Shown piece by piece: positions 1 to 29,272 of a stretch of DNA of 64,000 nucleotides. Both the position numbers and the translations under genes were made by a program. This stretch comes from the human T2T-CHM13v2.0 reference genome, Homo sapiens: assembly GCF_009914755.1 (NCBI RefSeq), contig NC_060928.1. One strand, given 5' to 3'. A model generated the notes under the pieces. That model made no database searches. It saw nothing but the letters and a program-made list of their open reading frames with translations, and was not told the DNA's origin. How positions within the stretch are numbered: the stretch's first letter is position 1; each line of letters begins with the position of its first letter.

Positions 1-850
1 TGTCTAGAAGTCAGTTAGAGTAAGTTCTTTAGTTGTCAATCAAGCATTTAGTAAGGCCCTGCTTTGTGCCCAGTGTTGACCTCAACAAAGTTGGGGATAT
101 CAGAATATTCTAAGATACAGTCGTTGTTCCCAAGAATCTTGTCTTTCACATACAAGAGGTGTTGCGTTTCATTTTGCGGCTAATGTCCAAACGCTGGCCT
201 CAGCCATTTCACCTTGAAGATTGCAGTTGGCTTCCAACTGGCCTCTAAACTCTAATCTAGCATTTTCCAGTCCATTGTGACAAAGTCTGCCTTCCCCAGC
301 TACTCCCAGCTGTTGGACCTGCTGCCTTAGAACCACAGATTGAGACCTCCCTGTCCCCTCTGTCAGACCAGACCAGGGCAGGCAGTATATTTGCATGACG
401 CAGGATGATTGACACTGGTGATTTCACCCAGCTCCCTTCATAGCAATTTTGACAACTGCTTCATCTGAGAGACATTTGGAAGCAGCATAGTTTATGGTGA
501 AGTTCTGGAGTCTCGCTCGGTACAAGCCAGTTTCCACCATTTACTAGCTCTGTGATACTGGGCAGTCGTTAGAAAGAATGCCCGTTCTGGGACATCAAAA
601 CCTAATAATTATTATTCTCTAATAGCTAACATGCATTATGTGTGTTTATTTGCTGTGGCAAATACTATGTTGAAAAAAACTTTAGACTTACAGAAAAGTT
701 GCAGTATTACAGGCAGTTCACACATGCTCTCTACCTGGCTTCCTCTAACAGTAACATATTACAGAATTAGTATATTCATCAAAATGAGAAAACAAACCTT
801 TGTCCAATACTGGTCACAACTTTCTCATCTTGATTGAATTTCAAATTTGA

Positions 851-17041
<16,191 letters not shown>

Positions 17042-17153
17042 CTATATTATTGGGTTGTGCCTTTATCATGAGAAAGGTCTTTATTTTAAGAGATCCTTGT
17101 CATTTACAATTTACAGATCATGAGTTCAATATGCTTGAATCCCCTAGACCTAA

Positions 17154-17599
<446 letters not shown>

Positions 17600-17630
17600 T
17601 AATTGTGTCAGCACCCAAATAAACATCTAA

Positions 17631-18011
<381 letters not shown>

Positions 18012-18054
18012 CAAAGTTCTAGAATTTTTTAAAGGTATTCATGGTGACTCAGGA

Positions 18055-18057
18055 ATA

Positions 18058-18114
<57 letters not shown>

Positions 18115-18121
18115 ACACACA
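18055..18121. repeat. (CA)n microsatellite in the 3' UTR
   Basis: Directly visible. Confidence 0.95.
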
Positions 18122-19851
18122 TATAATTTGAAAGAGGTGAGTATGTACTCTGACTTCAGCTCTCAGGTTTTAAAAATTATATTAGTGGGACCAGTTATGA
18201 CAAGAATAATCATTATAGTACTTTTCAGATTTTATAACCTGGAGCAGATTATTTTAAGTTGATTAGTAGGTTCTGTTACAGTTTTTCTTTTGATCGTGCA
18301 CTTATAGTCTTCATTTAATTCCTCATAGAATCCCAGTCACCTTTATATATCATATTATTGGAAGAGATTCATCTTCATAATCTCCAGTTTTTTCACAGTG
18401 CCTCACAGAGTTAATCATGCCTTTTGGAGCTAGAAGGACTTTAGAACTTATCTAGTTATGCTCCTTTATATTATAAGTAAGGGAATAGAATCAATAAGAC
18501 AGTTTCTGCCCAAAGTCATGTTACCAGTTGGTGACAGAGCTGGAAATACGTAGAGATCTATACCCTTAAATCTCTCCACTCACATGCTGATATACTTTCT
18601 ACTACAATATGCTATAGCTTTATGGAACTCAGGGTGATGATCAGACGTGTCATTAGAACATGAGTCCTCTGCTTCTGATTCAGGCATACTTTTGGGATTC
18701 TTCCATCTTTAAAGGAAAAAGGAAGCCATTCATCTATATTTAGTAACCCAGTAATATCTCACTTAGTTTAGGGTTAGATCTTTAGTTAATTCAACCTTAT
18801 AGATCATACTTATGAAGGTGATAACTGACACGTGTTCCCTGAATTTTAATTTGATAGGCAATACATCTACCCACTCCATTATTTTTTAAAACTTCATTTA
18901 ATAGTTTAAACAAGATTGGTTTTGTTTTCAATTTTTATTCACTCTTCATAGAATCACAATTACCTTTATATATCATATGTTATTGGAAGAGATTCCTCAG
19001 TAATCTCCAATCTCTCATAGTGCCTCACAGGGTTGGTCAATGGCTTTTGGAACTGGAAGGACCTTAGAACTTATCTGTTATGCTCCTGATAGCCAATAGC
19101 AGATAGAAGCTTGCAATCAAGAGGGTAGGACATGTGTTCTTCAATGGATATCAAAGGAAGAGGTTGCAAACCAAAGCCATTTGGCAAGCCCTGTAGCCTG
19201 GGCCATTTAAGACAGGGGCGGTCTCAGCCAAATTGCACCCATTTAACTATCCCAAAGAGCCACAGTGCCTACAACCCAGGCCCTAAGTTGATGAAGAAAA
19301 AGTCAAGGAAGGAGGTGATACAATTGGAAATATTCCCATCAAATGGTTAATCTTATTTAGAAAATGGGCATATTAGAAAAAGTCCTTCCAAGATGATTTT
19401 GGATAATAAAAGTTGTATTTGTGGAAATTGGTATTATCTCTGTTTTATGCACTTACATTTATCCCTTACATTTTGTTTTTAGTGACCCTACATGACATTA
19501 AATTTAAAGTAAAACATTGTTTAATGTTACCTTTTGGCTTGAGAATGTCTTTCAGCTCCAGAATTATTGTTACTCATATTTTAATCAGTAAGTCATTTAA
19601 GCTATGACAGAGTAGGAATTGAGAAATTATTTCATATGCTACAGTATTGAAATGTGGATGCTGCCTTGTTTTATAAGAAGATGATCAAGGTTTGTGTGCC
19701 CATTACCTTTCCTCTGCCTGAAAGACGTGTCTCAAGAAAAATAAATTCTATTTTAGATGCAGGTACTGCATTTTATTCTAAGAATTGATATCAATTCAAA
19801 ACATAGAAAACTGTAAAAGATAAATCAGGAGATGGCTGATTCATAATGGGT

Positions 19852-19862
19852 AATAAAATAAA
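19852..19862 (+). terminator. Polyadenylation signal (two overlapping AATAAA)
   Basis: taataaaataaatag, followed downstream by a GT/T-rich stretch. Confidence 0.7.
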
Positions 19863-21725
19863 TAGCACTTTCGAGCTGATGTCGTCAGTGACTCTTGGAT
19901 TTTCTAACAAAAGGTTCCTTTACTGTTGTCATAGAGAGATTGTGAATTTCTCTGACTCTGAAGAATCAACTAGAAGAAGTAGAATCACCAGAACATTTTG
20001 CTCAGCTGAAAGCACAAAGTAAACTCAGTTACTGGGAATCAGCAAAAACCACAGGCATCACTGGTCCCAGGGATTTAGAGTCCAGAAACCTCTCCAGGTG
20101 ATGGACTGTTGATTTGGGGCTCTATGCATTGTCACAGACAGCTGGGGATATCAGTTTCTGGACCAAATGACCCAATAAGAGATGCTGGTCGTAAAAATCC
20201 ATTTTTATCTGGAATGTTTCTAGAAGATCAAAACCTTTTTCCTTCCAGCATCTAATGCCTGAGTGATACATTTAAAAATTTTTAGTCTGCGTGGGCACCC
20301 TCTTTTTCTAGGAGCAGCACTTTTTATTTTTGAAATTATCCTACAATGAATTACCGGCTTTTCTTCTGTTCTCATCTTTTTCCTTCCCCAGCATACACAC
20401 ACTGTAAATATGTGCCATGTTCTTAGGCAATCCCACTTTCTCAACCTTTGTTGAGTGACCCAAGCAAGGTTAAATTCGAGTTCTCCCCAACGAGTTTTCC
20501 CAGCTGCAATTGAAGAAGAGATACAGTCCATCTCTGTGGTGGAAACTCCAGGTTGTGAAACTCAAGATCAATCAGCAATAGAACCTCTGGAGCAGCTGCT
20601 GGGTGATGAGAAGAAGCAGGCAGAAGAAATGGACAGAATCCTGGAGGAACCTGAGTCCCACATGGCAGGTGATGCTGAGGCTCACTGCATGTCTGCCCTG
20701 CTCACTCTTCAGTGGGTCCACCCTACTTGGGAACCCAAGAGCCAGTATATTGCCGTTTGCTTAAAAGGACTGTCTTTCATTTATGACCAAAAGCGAGTTA
20801 GTGTGTGTCAGGTCAGCTGAAGGATGAAGGAAGGGCCCCCATTCTCTGGATATGATCTTAGGTCTTCACCCTATTTTCTTTGTGCTGTTCAATAATTCTC
20901 TGTATTGGATCATCAGCATATATGCCCACCAGTCCTTTAAATGCAATACCATTTAAGAAAATGCAGAGTTTTCTCTTTTCTAGATAGTAGGAAAGTTAAA
21001 GTTACACTGCATTGTTTTAGAAGACAGCTAGGCTTAACCTAACACATCAGTCTAGTTTTTTGGTTCTGCCATGATGACTTTCTGGACTAATTAGTCATTT
21101 TTCTCCTCTAATTAAACCAGGTTCATTTTCCTGCTGGCTAGCTGTATGCCACATTTCAGGGATAAATCTCTCATCTCTAATTACTAAAATGGACTCGTTG
21201 CATCCTTGCCTCAGTTTCTTGTCCAGAAGTTCACCAAATGGTTATTTCCTTGGGCTGAATTCAGTTTTGGAATTAACTCCAGCATTTAGCTGTTGATCTT
21301 GTTCTCTTTATCCTAGTAGATAAGTTTTTGGCACGTTCTTTCTCCTTCCCATCATTATCTCTCCTCTTTACCCGTCACTTTCTTTCTGTTGTGGTTTGCA
21401 TTTGTTGATCTCTGCCTTTCCTGATACTACTCAATTTATGTTTCACAGAAATAACGGCTGTACTTAAATGAAACTCAGATTCCTATATAAAAATGTTGGG
21501 ATAACTTTGTTCCTTCAGTAAGGGTCATACAGACATTATAGATCTTATCGGGAAGAAAAATTATCACAGTATTTAGACATGACTGTCTTATTTTAAAAAT
21601 GTTTTCAGTTTACTTTCAGATTCCATATATAGTTTTAAAATACATGTTTTAGCTGAATAGTAAAAAAAAAAAAAAATGTGTAGGCACAGGAGTATCTATT
21701 GGGCTCTCCTGGGAAGGAGAGTAGC

Positions 21726-21866
21726 CTTTCTTTCTCTTTCTTTCTCTTTCTTTCTCTTTCTTTCCTTCTTTCTTTCCTTCCTTCCTTCCTTCTTTCCTTG
21801 CTTTCTTCTTTCTTTCCTTGCTTTCTCTCTCTCTCTCCTTGCTTGCTTGCTTTCCTTTTTTTTTTT
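21726..21866. repeat. CT-rich polypyrimidine simple repeat
   Basis: (tttc)/(ttcc)/(ttgc) runs. Confidence 0.9.
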
Positions 21867-21959
21867 CTATATTCTACCTCTAGGCTTTGCGTCCTTGCTT
21901 GCGCAAGTCAAGCCCAAGTTTTAAGTTTTATGCTTATGGAAATACAGTAAATTAAGACA

Positions 21960-22191
21960 TTTATTTATTTATTTATTTATCTATCTATCTATCTATTTTT
22001 TGAGACAGGGTCACCTAGGCCGGAGTGCAGTGGCGCAATTGTGGCTCACTGCAACCTTCACCTACTGCGCTCAAGGGATCATCCCACCTCAGTCTGCTGA
22101 GTAGCTAGGACTACAGGTGCATGCCACCGTGCCTGGCTAATTTTTGTAATTTTTCTTGTACAGTTGGGGTTTGGCCATGTTTCCCAGGCTA
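21960..22191 (-). mobile_element. Old truncated Alu (AluJ-like) with a TATT/TATC tail
   Basis: Diverged reverse-complement Alu right arm. Confidence 0.8.
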
Positions 22192-24339
22192 AATTAAGAC
22201 ATTTAAATCACTCAGGCACAACTAATTTTTTCATATTGCCACATCTTCCTAGGAGTGGGATTGTGCTTCAGTTTTTTCAGCTGTCTATGCCTTAATTTTG
22301 ACTCCCATCAATAATGCTTGATGTTGTAGCCAGTGTTGGTTTATTATTACCAAAAGCAATGCTGTTCTGGAAAGGCAAGGACTGCAGTGTCTCATATGAT
22401 GCAATTGGACGGAACCTCAAGACGACATTTGCTCCCAGCAAAGGGCATTCAGCAGAACAAGGACCAATCAGAATTCATCCAACAATCATTTTCAGTGTCA
22501 TCTAAGACTGGCAGGTAATAGCTTACATGTGCGATTGTGACTTTCATGTGAGGATGAGATGGTCCACAACTGCGGGGAAAGCAACCTTCCTGTCCTCAAT
22601 CTCTTGTTTTTAAAAGATATTTCATTCCTTATTCATGTGCTTATTTATTTATCGTTTTACTCTTTCATTCATAAAAGTCTGCCAAGTTCTATTGAGGGAG
22701 CTGGGGAAAGACAGCAAGCAAGCCCCAATCCTACCAGCAAGGTGTTACAGACAGTGGGCGTCTGAAAAACAACAGAGAAATGGACAAGGAGGTAACAGAA
22801 TGGCAGGGAGTGAGAAGCGTTACGCAGAAAGACAAAGAATGGTGAAGAGACAGGAGGTGGAAGAGATGGAAGGTGCCTTTTCAGATGAGATGCTTGCTGG
22901 AGGATGGTATCCTGAGGAGATGATGTTTGAGCAGTGGTCTGATTGAAGTGAGTCACGTGGGGATCTGGGACAAGGGGAGGTGGAGAGGGCTCCATCCTGG
23001 CACGTGTCTAAGGGGGGGTTCTGGAGAAAAATCCTCTTTCAAGCACGTGCAGTTTGTTGGAATATTCAGTGCTTTGGGATGGTAGGGGTGAAATCCCCAT
23101 GTTCTTTTTGGCTCTTGTCCAGAGATGACTCTCAGGTCCTTCCCCGTGACCCATCTCAAAGCCAGCGCTGGAGCACTTCCCTGCTGTCAATCCCTCTTAA
23201 CGCTCTGAATCTCTCTGACATCTCCTTATGCTGACCGCAGAGGAAAACTCTGCTTTTAATGGGCTCATGTAATAAGATTTGGCCCACTCTGATTGACTCC
23301 ATTTTGATTGGCACAAAGCCAAGTGTTTAGTAATCTTGACCCCATCTGCAGAATTGCTTTTCTCATGTAACATAATCATGGGCAGATGTGATATCTCGTT
23401 TTATTCACTGTCCCCAGGATCTGAGTGGGAGATTTGGGAGAATGTTTTAGAATTCTACTTACCACGCCTCTTTTCAATTTAGTTCTGATTTGGTTCACCT
23501 GAATCTACAGAGGTTTTTTTAGTTTTATTGTGCTACTAGAATGTAACATGTTTCACTGTAAGAAAACTCCAACTAAACCTAGAAGCATATTTAAATAGGT
23601 TAAAAGTCTGTAATCTCACCTTTTAGAAAAACAAACCCTGAGGGTTTCTGCTGTGATGTGAAGGCAGGGTGCTTTTGTCCCAGTTGTTTTGTTGTTGTTG
23701 TTGTTGTTGTTGTTGTTTTCTGCTGAGCCTGGTAGCTGATGAAATCTAAAATATAAACTCTTTTCTACTGCACAAAGTGGAGAGATTTGTTGACTACTGC
23801 TGCACCACTTGATATCCTAAAAGACAGCACAACATGCATATTTAAAATATGCTACTTCCTTCTCACCAGAAAATATTTTATTGGCAACATTATCCTACAT
23901 TTCTAATAAATGTAGTTCTGCATTCCAGTAATATACATAAAATATTTATTTAAGAATCGACTCCAAAAACTCTAATGTACTAATCAAGATGATATACTGT
24001 AATTTCAAAGAATAGAAAACAAAGGAGATTTAGTGGGCAGGTCATTGTGGTCTTTAAATATTTTAAAAGCAGAAAAAGGAGAATCAGTTGTTTTGTGTGG
24101 GTCTAGTACGTAAATCTAGGACTGAAGGATAGAAGTTTGCAAGGAGGTGTATTTCAGTATACAGGAAGTTTTTTTCTTTTCTTAAAAATAAAATTAAAAT
24201 AGAGCTCCCTGAGCTCTGAAATAAAATAAAATTAAAATAGAGCTCCCTGAGTTGGAGCAGGCTGCTTAGGAAACCAGTTTCTCCTCAGTCGAAGTATTTT
24301 GACAGGAAGGCCTAAAGTCTATGTCAGAAGTGTTATCCA

Positions 24340-24560
24340 GCAGATTTCAGCCAACCTTATCTGTAGAGTCAGATAGTAAATCTTCTTGGCTTTTGAGGCC
24401 ATGCTGCCTCTGTAGCAACTTCTTAACTCTGCCATTGTAAGGTGAAAGCAGGCATAGACAGCAAGTGAATGAATGGCCATGGCTGTGTTTCAATAAAACT
24501 TTATTTACAAAAACAGGTGCAAATCCAAATGTGGTCTGTGAACTGTGGTTTGTCAAGCCT
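24340..24560. mobile_element. MER58-like hAT DNA transposon (MITE)
   Basis: cagatagtaaat...ctctgccattgt...ggctgtgtttcaataaaactttatttacaaaaacagg signature. Confidence 0.75.
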
Positions 24561-25145
24561 GATATATTGCATTTCCTGAATTGGGTGGGAATAGGACCTA
24601 AACATCAAGCCAGTCCCTTCCAAATCTAAGATTTCAGTGTTATATGATTCTTTGGTAGGGTGTAGGAAGGCATAGATATCATTTGCTAAAATATCCCTCT
24701 AGGAGGAGCTATCCATACCCATCCATTATTCACTGTGCCTGCAAGCAACTCTAATAAAAAAAAGTTCTGTTAGATGAGGTTTCAACTACATGCCACTAAA
24801 TACTGGGAATGTTATAAGCATTTTTTAAAATGGAAACCTGTGCATAAACTGTGTGACCCTAAAATGAAATTAGGGTCCTTTTGAGTGCAGCATTTTTCTA
24901 CCTTTTTTTATGTATCATTTACAAATAAAAATTATATATATCTACTGTGTACAAGATAGTGTTTTGATATACATGTACATTGTGAAATGATTACCATAGT
25001 CAAGCTAATTAACATGTCCATTATTTTACATAGTGTGTGTGTGTGTGTGTGTGTGCGCATGTGTGTGTGCTGAGAACCCATCAGATCTATTCTCTAGTGA
25101 AGTTCATGTATACGATACAGTATTATGAACTATAGTCACCATGTT

Positions 25146-25692
25146 TGCATTAGTCAGGGTTCTCTAGAAGGACAGAACTAATAGGATAGATGTACATATA
25201 AAGGGGAGTTTATTAAAGAGTATTGACTCACACGATCACAAGGTGAAGTCCCACAATAGTCTGCCTGCAGGCTGAGGAGCAAGGAAGCCAGTCTAAGTCC
25301 CAAAACCTCAAAAGCAAGAAAGTCAACAGTGCAGCCTTCAGTCTGTGGTCAAAGGTCCAAGAGCCCTTGGCAAACCACTGGTGTAACTCCAAGAGTCCAA
25401 AAGCTGAAGAACTTGGAGTACAATGTTCAAGGGCAGGAAACATCCAGCACAGGAGAAAGATGAGGGCCAGAAGACTTAGCCAGTCTAGTCCTTCCACGTT
25501 CCTCTGCCTGCTTTTATCCTAGCCCGGCTGGCAGCTGAGATGGTGCCCACCCAGATTGAGGGTGGGTCTGCCTCTCCCAGTCAACTGACTCAAATATTAA
25601 TCTCCTTTGGCAACACCCTCACAGACACATCCAGGAACAATACTTGGCATCCTTCAATCCAGTCAAGCCGACACTCAATATTAACCATCACA
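25146..25692 (-). mobile_element. MLT2A LTR (3' LTR of HERV-L)
   Basis: tgcattagtcagggttctctag...ttaaccatcaca; the polypurine-tract complement agtccacccc follows directly. Confidence 0.9.
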
Positions 25693-26796
25693 AGTCCACC
25701 CCTTGTCTACTTGAACCCATACGCATCTCCTGAAATCATATATAATCTTCAAATAAAGATAATAATAAGGTCATAATTATGTTAGGTAATACATAATACA
25801 GCTATCCTTCGTACAACCAGAAGTGTACCAATCCCCAACCCAAATGCTGTTACATAAAGTTAACAACATTTAAATGCTGATTTGAAGTAAATAAATCTTA
25901 TGTCACATGATAAAGGAAAAAGAAAGGAAATAAAATGAAGATATTTTCTTAGTACAAGTGTATACATACACAAACATGTTCCTAACAAAATAAGGAGGAA
26001 ATATGACAATTACAGTCCTCATTTCTGCAGCTGGTCACGTGGGCATAGCCGGTATTGATGACTACCTTCTTCTACTACCCATTCTGTATTCCTTTTGCCT
26101 TCAGCAAGCATCTCAGCAGGTTGTGGTTTTTTACCTGGTGGAGTGACCCAAACATTCATTCCTAAGGGGTCTGGGCCTTATGTAGCACTGCCTGGATTGG
26201 GCTGTTGTAGTTTCCCATTGACCTTAATCACAGGGCATGGTAATACTAAGAGTTGCCTGAAGGGATCTCCTGTATTCCTTGCATACTCTTCCTTACCTCC
26301 ACTGTGGAGTAATAGACTAACTTCATCTTGATAGTCCAGGTCAATCACCACAGCCAACACTGCAACTCCCTTCTGAGCCTGTTGACTTAGAGGTAAAAGG
26401 ATCTCAAAGTGTCCAGGTGGCAAGCTTAACTTCCAGTTTAATGGAATCCTTGTTGTGTCTTCTGGTGGCAGCATTTTTCCCTCTGAAACTAACACAACTA
26501 AGCAAGCAGAAGGTAATGTATTGGGAACAGGAAGCAAAAATTTTGCTAGTGGATAGCTAGGGGTGATGGTGAGTGGTGCCACTTCCACTTCTGCCCCTTG
26601 ATTCCTAGACCTGTGAATCCTGGCTATGGGAGAAACGGTGCCATATATTGGATGTTGATTCAGAGCATACATAGCCTTCTGGAGAATTTTGCCCCAGCCC
26701 TGCAAAGTATTGTCCCCTAGTTGGCATTGTAATTGTGACTTCAAAAGGCCATTCCACCGTTCTATCAATACAGCTGCTTCAGGATGACGGGAAACA
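25693..26796 (-). mobile_element. HERV-L internal fragment (integrase C-terminus plus dUTPase)
   Basis: ORF-track peptide HPEAAVLIERWNGLLKSQL...IPLNWKLSLPPGHF...VIDLDYQDEV. Confidence 0.9.
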
Positions 26797-29272
26797 ATGT
26801 TGTACATTAGATCCTCCAACTTATTCACACTGCATAATTGGAACTTTGGACCTTTTGACCAAAACCACCCCATAGCTGGCACTCCCCATACTCTGGCTAC
26901 CACCATTCTACTCTCTGTTAGCATGACTTTGACTTTTTTAGATTCTGCATGTAGTTGTAAGTGCCTCTCTTCAGATGATCATATGATTTTTATCCTTCAT
27001 TTTGTGAATGTGGTATATAGCATTTATTGAGTTGCATATGTTGAACCATCCTTGCATCCTAGGCTCAGTTGATCATGATCCTTTTAATGTGTTGTTGAAT
27101 TTAGTCTGGCTAATATTTTCTTCAGGATTTCTGGATCTATGTTCATCAGGAATATTGATCTATAATTTTAATTTTATTTTATTGTGATGTCCTTGTTTGG
27201 CTCTGCTATCAAAGTAATGCTGGCCTCATTAAATGAGATTGGAAGTGTTTCCTCCTTTTCAATTATTTGAAAGAGTTTGAGAAGGATTGGTGTTAATTCT
27301 TTAAATGTTTATAGACTTCACCAATGAAGACATCAGGTGCTGAGCTTTTCTTAGTTGAGAGTTTTTATTTCTGATTCAACCTCCTTACTCATTATTGGTT
27401 TGTTCAGATTTTCTATTTCTTCCTGATTCAGTCTTGGTAGGTTGTATGTTCCTAGGAATTTATCTATTTCTTCTACATTATTTAATTAGTTGATGTACTG
27501 TTTTTCATAGTAGTCTCATGATTTTCTGTATTTCTGTGGTATCCATTGTAATCTTTCCTCCTTCATTTATAATTTTATTTGAGTTTTTTTTCTTTTTCTC
27601 CTAATTAGGCTAAAGATTTCTTGATTTATCTTTTTAAAAACAATAACAGTGTCATTGACCTTTTCTGTTGTTTTTCTAGTCTCTATTTCATTTATCTCTG
27701 CTCTGATCTTTATTATTTTCTTTCTTCCTCTGTCTTTGGGCTTAGTTTTTTTTTTTTACTTTCTTATTGCTTCAGGTGTAAAGTTAGGATATTTCAGATC
27801 TTTCCATTTTCTTAAGGTAGGTATTTATCGCTATAAACTTCCTTCTTAGAACTGCTTTTGCTGCATCCCATAAATTTTCAATGCCACAAATTTTGTTTCT
27901 CTTTTCATTTTTCTCAAGACATTTTTTGATTTTCCTTTTGATTTCTTCTTTGACTCATTGGTTGTTCAGGAGTATGTTAATTTTCATGTATTTGTGAATT
28001 TTCCATTTTTCCTTCTGTTACTGAGTTCTACTTTTATGCCATTATGGTTGGAAAAGATACTTGATATGATTTCAATCCTTAAATTTGTTAAGATGTTTTC
28101 CATGGCCTAACATATAACCTATCCTGGAGAGTGTTCTGTGTGCACTTAAAAAGAATGTGCATTCTGCTGCTTTTGAAAGGAATGTTCTGCACATGTCCGT
28201 TAGGTCTATTGGTTTATAGCATTTTGAAATCCACAGTTTCCTTGTTGATTTTCTGTCCAGGTGATCTATTCATTGTTGAAAGCATGTTGCTATTTATTTC
28301 TCCTTTAGTTATGTTAATATTTGCTTTATAGATTTAGATGCACTGATTTTGGGTACATGTGTATTTACAATTGTTATATCCTCTTAATGAATTCACCCTT
28401 TTACCATTATATAATGACCTTCTCTGTCTCTTGTGACAGTATTTGACTTAAACTCTATCTCATCTGTTATAAGGATAGCCACCTCTGCTTTCGTTTGGTT
28501 ATCATGTGAATGCAATCTCTTTTTCATCCCTTCACTTCCAGCTTATGTCTGTCCTTAAAGCTAAAGTTAGTCTCTTACAGGCAGCATATAGTTAGATCTT
28601 GTTTTTTATTCACTCATCCACTCTCTCTTTTGATTGGATAATTTAATACATTTACATCTAAAGTAATTATTGGTAGGTAAAGGCTTACTACTATCATGTT
28701 GTTAATTGTTTTCTGATTGTTTTGTAGTTCCTTTGTTGCTTCTTTTTGTCTCACTGTCTTCCTTTGTGACTTAATAACTTTTTTGGAGCAATTTGCTTTG
28801 GTTCCTTTCTCTTTATGTTTTGTATATCTACTACAGACTTTTTCTTTGTGGTTATCATGAGGTTTACATAAAATATTTCATAGTTATAACCATCCATTTT
28901 AATCTGGTAACAACTTTGACTGCATTTAAAAATACTGTATTTTAACTTCTCCTCCTCCCACATTTTATTATTCATGCCATAGTTTATATCTTTTGTATGT
29001 TGTGTATTCATTAGCAAATTGTTGTAGTTATAGTTATTTGTTAATACTTTTGTTTTTTAACTTTTATACTAGAGTTAAAAGTGACTGTTGCACAATAACA
29101 GTATTGGAGTATTCTGTATTTGACTGTATAAGAATACCTTTAATAGAGTTTTATTCTTTCATTTGTTTTCATGTTAGTTAGTGTCCTTTTGTTTAAACTT
29201 GAGAATTCCCTTTAGCATTTTTTGTAAGGCAGGTTTAATGGTGTTGAAATCCCACAGCTTTTATTTGTCTGG

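Noticed and set aside
24185-24251. 38-bp-period duplication aaaataaaattaaaatagagctccctgag
   Set aside because: An ordinary local slippage duplication with no functional context.
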